Positions 31,066 through 41,000 of a DNA stretch of 64,000 nucleotides are shown here, in pieces (positions within the stretch are counted from its first letter, which is position 1; each line of letters begins with the position of its first letter). The position numbers and the translations under genes were made by a program. The DNA is from Trypanosoma brucei. Lineage: Eukaryota. The stretch spans positions 1,120,001-1,184,000 of the forward strand of contig CH464491.1 of assembly GCA_000002445.1 (NCBI GenBank). The letters run 5' to 3'. A model generated the notes under the pieces. That model ran no database searches. It worked only from the letters and a program-made list of their open reading frames with translations, and was not told where the DNA came from.

Positions 31066-32287
31066 GTGTTTTGCCATCGCCGCTAAACATTGTGCAGTGG
31101 ATATATAAATATATATATATATATATAAGCATTTGTGGTGCGCGCGGCCACATCGCGTACTTGCTTGGACGAAGAGGGAGGGGTATGAATGGGAGAGCGG
31201 TGCAGTTAAGACACAGTCAATGCGCAAAAAAAAAAAAAAAGAAAAAGCCTCGTTGCATCTGTGAAAAATGGACAGTCGGTGGTGCTACGCGTCGTTCTGT
31301 ATAAAGAAAATAACGGAGTCGTAGTTTGAATGCTGCTACCCCGTTCGCGCACCGGTATTTAGGGGACACATGGCAACCGTCACGGTTGTTGAGAGTTCTC
31401 TCCCTGTTTAATGTTATTATCCTCTCTCCTAACAACTGCGTGGGTCGGCTTGTCTTGATGTGTAGTTTATATGGCCGCTGCTGGGTAGTGAGCGGACTCA
31501 ACCACTTCAACTACTAAAGTCACGTTGAAGTTTGTCAAACTAGCGCCCTAGGGGGCTTTTGTATTGCATGTGAAGGTGGAATATACGGAATTATATCTCG
31601 TATTTGCTATTCTGCTCCTTGTTCGCTCTTAGTTTTGTTTTTTCTCTTTAGCATAATGGGTCTTCACCCGTAGCCGTGCAGAGGCAATGGGAGGTGAAGG
31701 AGGTGCTGCGTGCGCCTCATAGGGCGTGGGCCAGTAGTTACACAGGCAGACAAGTTTATTAAAACATGCATGCACATATAGTTACAGTCCTTGACTCTAC
31801 CGCTCCTGCCTGCAGTACGTGGAGTGCGTCTTTGATTTACATCGTGTCCCTTTCTAGTTTTTCCTTGTAAACACAGGTCCCCGGGAGGAAGAAAAATAAA
31901 AGTGTCGTGTAGCCGTGGCTCCCTGTATGTTTGGCTCGTGGTGTTTGGCAGCTGTAACTAAATTTTATAAGAGTTACGGGACTGCACCGTTACAACGCGT
32001 GCCAAAGAAGAGCTATGATCAAGGCCTTTTTAAACTTTATCTCAAGTTGGCGCTACCTTCCACCTACAGCAAGACACTGCTTGTAAAATGTGGTGGCGGT
32101 CGCACACACACACTATGATATCCATTGTTTTGTTGGCCGTGCCCCCATTACCCTGTCCGTGATCGATCTGGTTTTGTGTGCTATTCAGAGTTGCTTGCTA
32201 ATATAGGTATTCATACATAGAAATTGCATATATATATATATTGTTGAAAAACTCCCTTTCGCGATAGGGAATCTAGTTGAGGAAACC

Positions 32288-35200
32288 ATGGTCAACCAAA
32301 CAGCGGGCGAGGAGGCGCGTGTGTTTGTCAACAATCAGAACACACGCGTTGCTACCGTTACACTTCCGACGCTTACAAAGCGGTCGGGTGGACGAGCACT
32401 CGATGGGGCAACCGATAATTCGGATAGCGATGGAAGTCGAGAAGATATGAGGGATCTAAATGGCTATCAAACTCTTAAGAATGCGGGAAAGACATTGTCG
32501 TCGAAAGACGTACATCCGCGGTTGGAGGGTGTCTACCATCGGGTGATGCGACAATTACAATGGCGTGCAAATTACGGTAGTGTAGGAACCCCCCCGCTAG
32601 GCATTCGCTTGGGTGTAGAGAGTGATAAGGACTCTAAGGTACCTGAGAGAACTTTTGAACAAGAGGAGTTAATGAACTCCAACATGTCACTTACCTCCAC
32701 CTTGTTACCTGAAGCAACCCCAAGTTTGGTGAAGAAGCGGCCATCATCGCAGTCAGTAGGGAAAAACCTTATATTGTCCAGTCCAATGAAGGGTGACGAG
32801 GGTGACGAGGGTGCCTTACTCGCACAGCAGCCCTGCCCAAAGACGTTGCGTCTCATCGTGGAGGAGGTCACAAATACTATTGTGGAGAAGTTAAAAATAG
32901 CACAAATAGGTTCAATCAAATCATGTCTCTGCCAGGTTTTCGAGAGTCGTGCACTATTAGACCGGTTGTTGAAGGAGATACCGTCCTATTCGCAGTTCCA
33001 AGGTGATGGGGAACGATTACTGACCCCTATGAAACTTCAGGAACTCTATCAAGAGTTCCGTAAACAGCCAACCGTGTTGCCTAACGCATGTTACGTACGG
33101 GATCCAGTAAATGGGTCCGTACTTGCTTGCACAGGGGACATGTGTGCTGCGGCCAATGACCCTGAGGTACCACCTGTAGATGAGCAGCCAGTTCCTCAGC
33201 AACAAGAACAAGTGGCAGAACAACCGAAAACTCTTATGTCTTCCCAGTTTACACTTTGTCAACAGTCTGTTTCGCTCACAGGAACTTGGGTGGGTTCAGA
33301 AGCGAAGAAACCTCTTCAGATGAACTTCGCTGAAGCTGCCATTCCCGCAACTTATGGAAAAAGCAGCAGGATTCCGCAAAACGTTGAATCCCCTTCAAAA
33401 AACAAAGCCCCTGACATGAAGCTTAAGTTTGCACCCCGACCCGCAGCGATTGTGACGTCTGGAAGCATACAGCAGGACCTTAGCAGCGAGGTATCCACCG
33501 TAGGACGGGAGGGGGGTGACCTTACGAGGGAACACTCCGCTCCCACCTCTTCGTCAAGAAGCCACTGCACATCGAAACTTGACACGCAGTATGCTCCACT
33601 ATCTGGCGGTGGTAAACCAAAAGAGTTATCAGAAGTTGCGAAATGTCACCAGGAAACACGGTACGTATCTGTTGGGGTCGTCACAGATAGCAATAGCACA
33701 ACTACGGTGACATGCGAAAAGTATGACGAGCTTGTGAGATATGTAGAGAGTCTCCACGTTGATATTGAGGAGAAGAAGCGAGAAATAAAATTGCTAAAGG
33801 AGGAACTGAGTGAAGAACAACAGTACACCTCTCGCAAGAAGAAAGTGGTACAATACCTGCGCGAAACACTTTACAGGGAGTGCTCAGCCTTGCGTTCACA
33901 ACTTACCATAGTACAACAAAAACAAATACAATATCAGACTGCACTGAAGGATCAGCAGCGGTCCTTGACGGGGATGCAGGCGTCACCCATATATTTTCAG
34001 TCACCAGCGGGTGTGTGCGGCGGGGATCGAAAGCGGAACAATAGCTTCTCTCGGGGTGAGTTTTGGCGACCACCCTCCTCTGGGGTGTCAAGGCCGGGTG
34101 CATACGAGAGTTCTCGTGGGCTGAACAACAGCGCAAGTGATCTCACGCGTCGTCCGACCCCGGGTTCGGCACAAAGTCACAGGCGACATGGAACGCACAG
34201 CGATGAAAACGACGAAAATGCCTCAGTAGACGACCCGTCCACTGACATTGGAAGTAGTTACACAACTCGAAACATGAACGCCTACGATGGTCGCGGTGGT
34301 GGGCTGAACAGGTCTATGAGTATGACCCGTGACGTAATATCCATTGACTGCACAGCCGTTCAGAGTCTTCTCGACCTTGTCCTGCTGGCGGTGGAAAATG
34401 ATCAAGTACTTCCTGCTTCTGCATCAAAGGCAAGGAACGCGAACATGGAAATCATTGGGAAGGCAATGGTTACCGATCCGGAAACTTCTGAGAGAAGAGC
34501 ACGGAAGCATTTTGAGCTCGTGCAGCGGAAGATGAAGGAGAACTACGCGCGAAGTCGAGGGGAATTATTGGCTGCACTCAACACAAAGGAGAGGGAGATA
34601 ACGAAGATAAAAAATGCAACGGACAAGCAGTATTTGGAAAAGTTTCTGAGGGAACAAGTTGACGAACTGAGAAGTAGCTACCGCCGCATTCGCAGGGCCA
34701 CGGTTGAAAATTTGAGTGAACTATGGAATTCTGTGTATTTAATGATGGATGGTATCCTCAACAGGGCCACCGTTGTAGATGCCTCTCTACGGGACAATGA
34801 AAAGCTTTATACTTCCTTTACCGCTTTGCAAGATCTTGTCTCCGCTGGCACCAGCCTAATTGGTCCAATGCTCACCACTGAGTACGGTAGGGGTTATCAT
34901 CCATGGCCGCTGAAGTTGCGCAACACTAGCGAACCATTTCGCGTTATGCTTCGCGCGCGCTACGGTGAAACGCAACTACAGCCCATACATGAGGAAATGA
35001 GTGCGTTTAATGACCTCTATGTGAATGCGCATCAGTACGTCACGCGGAATCACGTGGTTCCGCAACTGAAGCGTCCGGCCGTTGGACCAACCTTACGGCA
35101 GCTCTGTGCACTACTGGTGTTGAACTCCGCGACAACAAATGAGGTATGGCAGCAAGTAAGCGAGAAGTATGGTCGTGAAAAGAATCTACAGCGCCATATT

Positions 35201-35722
35201 GCACTGCTTAACTTTTCACTCGTCTCTCTTATGTATCGCCAGCGTGTGCTGGCTGACCGATCCGCAGCTGCATTGCGGGAGGCGGGAATGGATATGAAGT
35301 TAATTGGTCTTCCTGTACAGCGTAGAGTCAACAGAATCGCAGAGGAGCTGCACAAAGTGATCGCCGAACGCTCAACGGTCAGACGGCAGCGAGTGGATAA
35401 TGCCCGTGACGTTTACCGCATATGGAAGGCAACCCAAATAAATATTTATGAAGGGTATGCCACTCCAGCGATGCCTCCGCGCCTCACTTTGGTTCGTTGC
35501 GACGCGCGAGGTGCAGCGGATTTAGGGCCATTCACTCCGCACTTGAGGGGGGAAAGCAATGCGGAACCCCATCTGCACATGACGACGGATTCGCGGAGAG
35601 CTATGCACGAATTGATCAACCGAGAGGGCGCGGATGACGTTTTGGGATCTGATGGAATCTCCCATGCCTCCACTAGTGCTATTTTATCCCCCACTGCCGC
35701 TGCTGCGGAGACTAACGAATAA
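32288..35722 (+). CDS. Large hypothetical protein with central coiled-coil
   Basis: 1144-codon ORF. A coiled-coil-like segment reads DIEEKKREIKLLKEELSEEQQYTSRKKKVVQYLRETLYRECSALRSQLTIVQQKQIQYQ. Confidence 0.6.
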   Translation: MVNQTAGEEARVFVNNQNTRVATVTLPTLTKRSGGRALDGATDNSDSDGSREDMRDLNGYQTLKNAGKTLSSKDVHPRLEGVYHRVMRQLQWRANYGSVGTPPLGIRLGVESDKDSKVPERTFEQEELMNSNMSLTSTLLPEATPSLVKKRPSSQSVGKNLILSSPMKGDEGDEGALLAQQPCPKTLRLIVEEVTNTIVEKLKIAQIGSIKSCLCQVFESRALLDRLLKEIPSYSQFQGDGERLLTPMKLQELYQEFRKQPTVLPNACYVRDPVNGSVLACTGDMCAAANDPEVPPVDEQPVPQQQEQVAEQPKTLMSSQFTLCQQSVSLTGTWVGSEAKKPLQMNFAEAAIPATYGKSSRIPQNVESPSKNKAPDMKLKFAPRPAAIVTSGSIQQDLSSEVSTVGREGGDLTREHSAPTSSSRSHCTSKLDTQYAPLSGGGKPKELSEVAKCHQETRYVSVGVVTDSNSTTTVTCEKYDELVRYVESLHVDIEEKKREIKLLKEELSEEQQYTSRKKKVVQYLRETLYRECSALRSQLTIVQQKQIQYQTALKDQQRSLTGMQASPIYFQSPAGVCGGDRKRNNSFSRGEFWRPPSSGVSRPGAYESSRGLNNSASDLTRRPTPGSAQSHRRHGTHSDENDENASVDDPSTDIGSSYTTRNMNAYDGRGGGLNRSMSMTRDVISIDCTAVQSLLDLVLLAVENDQVLPASASKARNANMEIIGKAMVTDPETSERRARKHFELVQRKMKENYARSRGELLAALNTKEREITKIKNATDKQYLEKFLREQVDELRSSYRRIRRATVENLSELWNSVYLMMDGILNRATVVDASLRDNEKLYTSFTALQDLVSAGTSLIGPMLTTEYGRGYHPWPLKLRNTSEPFRVMLRARYGETQLQPIHEEMSAFNDLYVNAHQYVTRNHVVPQLKRPAVGPTLRQLCALLVLNSATTNEVWQQVSEKYGREKNLQRHIALLNFSLVSLMYRQRVLADRSAAALREAGMDMKLIGLPVQRRVNRIAEELHKVIAERSTVRRQRVDNARDVYRIWKATQINIYEGYATPAMPPRLTLVRCDARGAADLGPFTPHLRGESNAEPHLHMTTDSRRAMHELINREGADDVLGSDGISHASTSAILSPTAAAAETNE

Positions 35723-35767
35723 GGGGGCCCAGAAAGTTTCTAGTTTCTTTTTAAGGTACTAAGGTCA

Positions 35768-35796
35768 CCCCCCCCCCCCCCACACACACACACACG
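35768..35796. repeat. C14 homopolymer followed by (CA)7
   Basis: The run reads ccccccccccccccacacacacacacacg. Confidence 0.85.
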
Positions 35797-36637
35797 CGCC
35801 CATGTTTACTGAACTCAGTATCCCAAAGATGAGACGAGTTTACCCTCCAAGTGCGGCTGTCAGTTAGCTGCATAAGTACAAGTATGCGTATGTGCACTTG
35901 TTTTCACCTGTGCTCACGTGTCAGCGTTGGCCACTGTAAATTAGCGGACGGGCCGCTCATGATTGTTTTTGCAACGAATGTATATCTATGGTCCGGTTTT
36001 TCCAGTGTATATCGTATGGGGGAGGTTCGGTACCTTTTCCTACATGCGTTGAATGTATTGCGTGCCACAGACGCACGTATGGAATCGTATCTTCCCCTTC
36101 TCCCGTGGAGTTGTGTAAATTTGGAGAGTGTGGGGCAAAACTTATATTCGTATGTGCGTTTGTGTTAAATCAAGATATAGATCCGCAACTGGGTAGTGGG
36201 TGGACGAAAAGTGGTTTGCCTTGTTAATCACTTTGCTGACTATTTTGGTTCTTCGCATTTCTTTCCCCCTCCTCCCTTATCTACTTTTTTTTTTCCATAC
36301 CGCTAAATATCTCATATTTGTATAGCGTGGGCCGTTGCTTTACCGCGTTGGCACGTAAACAGCACAACAACTGTCAAAATACGTCGGGCAAATAAGAAGG
36401 AACGAAGTGAGCTGCGCTCCCAGCATTGAGTGAAAAGGAAGGCTTGCCACAGTTGTAGTGGCAAGTAGTAGGTATTCAACGAAATAGTTAAAAAAAATTA
36501 TGCGAGCGAGGCCCTCTTGGCATTTACGCCTCAACAAAAATCGTGATGATGTAACCACCTTTCGTGGTTTCCCCGCTACTGCCCGTAGCTGCTGCAGCAT
36601 CGGTAGCATCAGTGGGCTCCAGGCCCTACCCCATCCA

Positions 36638-36991
36638 ATGGAGTTGAGTTCTGTAGAATACCGCAGCGAAGGATGGACACATGCCATATGCCGCCTTTAC
36701 CGCACTTTGTATAAGTTGCATGCAAAGCAGTTGCATCCAATTCAGCGTGAGTTTGGTGATCGGTTCGTGCAGACGGAGTTTCAGCGTCACATAGACGCAA
36801 GCGAGAAGCATGCGCGTATCTTTTATCAATCATGGTATTCGTATGCCGTACAGCTTTTAGTAGGGCAAACCTCTCGGGATATGACGGCCGAAGAGCAACA
36901 ACAACTGACACCAGAACAAAAAGAGACCATGCGGAGGCTTCGTAGCCACGTACTGCAAGCAAAACAAAGCGAACCGGGGTTTCACTTGTAA
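36638..36991 (+). CDS. Complex1_LYR-like (LYRM family) small protein
   Basis: The translation contains AICRLYRTLYKLHAK...FGDRFVQTEFQRH, an LYR motif followed by a downstream F. The ORF track extends to 36500, but MELSSVEY at 36638 is the likelier start. Confidence 0.5.
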   Translation: MELSSVEYRSEGWTHAICRLYRTLYKLHAKQLHPIQREFGDRFVQTEFQRHIDASEKHARIFYQSWYSYAVQLLVGQTSRDMTAEEQQQLTPEQKETMRRLRSHVLQAKQSEPGFHL

Positions 36992-37997
36992 AGGGATTTA
37001 TTCTGTGAGTCCTGAGATGTACACACGGTGCGACGTATTCGTATGGATAGTTTAGGCTTTGTCCGGCAAGTGGCGTCCTTTTTTTTTTTTTTTAATGCTT
37101 ATATTCTAGCAGGTGGTCCGATGCTTCCAGTAGTGTTAATCATATCGCCATCAGTTTAGAAAATCGTTATGTTGGTAATCATTGCATTTTTTTTTTTACG
37201 TTATTGTTGTTGTCACTGTATTACTACCTTATTTAGGCGTCTGCCTATTTACTTCTCTCGCTTCCTATTTTCACACATTCCCAGCGACAGAACTAACTAA
37301 ACAGAGGAGAGGTTGAATTTAAAAAGGGAAAGTAGAGGTGGTTCGGTGGGATCCACAATCCCTATAGCAGGTAAGGTGTGGGCACACGTAAGGGGTGAAG
37401 TGTAAAAATACACACGTGTATATATTACCAGAGGAAAGAAGCGAAAAGCAACAGTAACAGAGCAAAAAAAAAAAAGGAAACAACGAAATATAAAACTAAT
37501 TTTGAGTCGAACCAAAGGAACGGTGAGAAGAGAAAACGGAATCATCAGGAAAGTATCTTCCAACGCCAAATATTGCGGGTCCCAGAAAAGCAAGAGAACA
37601 CGCTTTGTTTCTCTATTGGCCTTATCCTTCGGTATTTCACTGAGGCGGCTCGCCAGTTCTTCGTGGATAGCAGAAAAAGTTCGGAGGGCAGTTTTAGGGG
37701 GGCACGCGAGCGAAGTTTCTCCCGAGGGCATTGTGTCACACAAACTGTCAGTGGGCAAGGGATCCACACGGGAACTGGTACGACCAACTGTGCTCATCCG
37801 TGTCATCGTTTCGTCTGTGGCAACACAAAAGGCAGAGGGTGGAAAACAAGTGTGTGAGCGAGTGGGGCAACAACAGAGTACAGGAAACTGTTGGAGCTAC
37901 CGAACATTATCTTGAGGTGTTGCGCGGTTGCCCATCAGGAGACACCTGCGTTGGTGCCTGTACAAAGGGCTGTGGAGCGCACGTTCGACCGATATAA

Positions 37998-38027
37998 CAT
38001 ATATAAATATATATATATATATATATA
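37998..38027. repeat. (AT)n microsatellite immediately upstream of the ATG at 38042
   Basis: The run reads catatataaatatatatatatatatatata. Confidence 0.9.
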
Positions 38028-38041
38028 GGGAGCCGAAGGTT

Positions 38042-41000
38042 ATGCGCCGTGCCTCTGTAGCAGTCACCCCCTCCACGTCGTCAGTGTTGGGGGGTGGTGC
38101 TTCGACGACGGGTACAGTTGATCCCACCACTGGAACGTCAGGCGCTTCGTGTCAGTCTGTTCCCCGTCTCGCTCATCGAAGTGTTATGGATACTGAAGAC
38201 GGACTAACTTCGCCAAAGCCTAGACCTCAAGACATTGTAGTGACGAAAAGTAATCCGACGCTGCGTGCATCAGCAGTGCGACCTACACTAGCCGCTTCCT
38301 CCGGAGCTCACATTCGTCGGCGGCCCCCGTCCGTTCCAGATCGGGCCGTTTCCCCTCACTTTGCCACCCCGGTCTTGTCAACACTCTGGCGAGATATGGT
38401 CGAGCACCGCACAGACCCGTCACCGGCACCGCGCTGTTCTCGAAAGCGTCGCTCCACTACATCGGCGACGGCACCACTGGCCCGTATGCCGTCAGCAGTA
38501 CTACGGGGGAGTGGGGAGCAGTCTCGGGGGAAGGCAGTTGGGCAAATAATAGAGGAGGTGGGGAGGGCTCGGTCACTCCGGCGTGTAACAAACGACAGGA
38601 AGGGGGGATCGCTACTCAGCATGCATGCTACAAACACATTCAACGGACAACGACATCTCCTGTCCCCGGTAAAGGGTTCTCTCGGGACTGCACGGCCGCC
38701 TATTGTGCTTGATGCAAAACAAAACACTCGGTCTCGCTCAATGCGGATGAAGCTGCAGGAGGTGACGCCCAGCAACAATGATGAAATGCGTAAGGAGGTC
38801 GTAAGCTGCTACAGGAAATTGTGCGAAGAGGTTGGACAGTCACCACAAGAATCGTGGATTGCCGCTGTTTTGGGCGAAAAGACCGATATTACCTCTGATT
38901 CGAATGTGGGCTTACCAATCGGTGATAGATCAACAGCGAATGACAGTGTTTGCGCTAGTGCTAGCGCCAGTGGTAGAAACATTGACCTTTCTCTGAAGCG
39001 AATGCCAAGCGGCCCAGCTCTTAGCGCGAAATCACAATCATCTGTGGAGGGGCGACAGAAAAGCAAAGGCACTTCGAAGATTCAGGGATGTTCCACTGTG
39101 AAGGCACCATCGATAGCCTCCACAACAAAGTTTACCAATCTAGCTTCTGGAGCGAACGTTTTGCGGGATGAGTCACTGCGACGAATGATAGCATATTGTG
39201 ATCACCTCCGCCCTTATAGCAGCAAGATGGAACAGTTGAAACAGCGGCGACAGGATGTGAGGGAGTCATTGAACAGATTCCTTGAGGTGTGCAACAAGAA
39301 GCAGGATGGTTTGCACGAGGATAGAGCACTTGATTCAGAGCAAGCGGCTGACAACGATAGCTCGAAATCTTTAACCATCAGTGCCCTCCAGTCGCGAGCA
39401 GATTCGTTAACTAGCGGTCTTAAGGAGTTACAGCGGTGCAACGTGAGACTACTGTTATGCCTGTCTAACTTGTCCTGTGAGGTTAGGAGGCCTTTGGGTT
39501 CCATTTCTGGTGATGCAGGGCCCGCGTCTAACGATCAGCAGCAGGAGATAGTGAAGGCTTGCAGTGTGCCAGCTGTGCCCCAGATTCAAAGTGTCCCAAA
39601 GGCATCGGCATCCCTGACATCGATTAACCTGCCTACGGCGATCCCTGCCGCTTATCTACACTTCCTTCGCTCGCAGGAGCGTATCATAGTGCAAGAACTC
39701 TCGGAGTTGTGTAACCGTGTCCGTTCAGCCTTGGCAGAGGGGACAAACATTTCTACAGCGGATGAAGGACTGCTGGAGACCCCACTGTTCCTTCCTTCGA
39801 CGTGGTCCGCATCGACCAATAGTGCTCGTGCAGTCAAAGATCGGAAACTGAGCGAACAAAAACTTCAACCGAAAACAGGGGGGAACCTAAGTGCTGCGGC
39901 GCGCCGGGCGGTTCATGCGTCGTCAGCCCCCGCCAGCAAACCCCTCACTCGCTTCGCGAGTAGTACGAAAGGTAGTGAACATAACTACAGCACGAGTAGG
40001 TGCGCCGATAGTCACAGGACTGTTGATTCTAGCAGCACCACGCATGCATCGGACGTACATTTGCCGTTTGTGGGGGTTGCGTTTGCTGACTGGGCGAATA
40101 CTAGTGATGACGAGAAGGAGAGCAGCTTGAACAGTACTTATCCTCAGCGAAATGACAGCACTGCCCGCAGTCCTAGACTTGTGATTGGGGGAGGAAAGCG
40201 GCGTTTGTCATTTGATACCGCTACCGAAAAGCATATTCGTTCCACCACCTCGGCTAACGGCGCCTTAGCTAACAAATTCTGCCGAGCGAGGTCTTCTGCA
40301 GCGGTACTCATGGGGTCGAAGAAGGTAACTCCAAAACTCAATGCGAGAAATGCCTCTCCTACGAGGACGGCAAAGCGGTCGAAGACGAAGCATTCGAAAA
40401 AGAGCAGCACGCCGGCCGTCGAAGGTGCTATCACCGCGGCGCAGATAAAGCAAGCCGAAGCTACCTGGGAAACAATCCAAGGACTAGCGCTGCGCAACTC
40501 TACGAGTGGGAATTTGGGTAGCCCCACTCAATCATTCTCCATACAGTTGGCGATGGTCCCTTCAGCGGTGGATGAGGCACGTGATGGCAACGATATGTCC
40601 ATAATTGGAGAGAGGGGTAGTCCCGCCGAAGCTGCAGGTGATTTCAGAGCCACTGGACCATCAAATCAAGAAATTTTGAGCACAAGGAAGGAGCAACTGC
40701 CATTGCTGGGGAAAGAGTACAACACTCCCGTGTGCCAAGGTGTAGAAGTAACATCCGTGGATGAAAACCACCGGCGGGTTCATGCGGCGCAGGTAATTGA
40801 ACGCTTTCTGCTCCGTTGTGTGAGGCAGAGGGCCCAACACACCGACAAGCAGAAGAAAAAGGGGAAGGAAGAGACGATGGTGGAGGAAACTGAGGCGGCA
40901 ACCGCGAAACCATTCTCCGCTCCTGTGGGTAGTGTATTTTTGTGTGACTCAGAGGCATGTAATCAAATGGCGGCACGCATAGTTCATTGCTGGCGACGAT

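Noticed and set aside
37928-38041. 5' extension of the giant ORF giving the peptide ...YINIYIYIYREPKV
   Set aside because: This is translation of the (TA)n microsatellite at 37998-38027. The real start is almost certainly the ATG at 38042.
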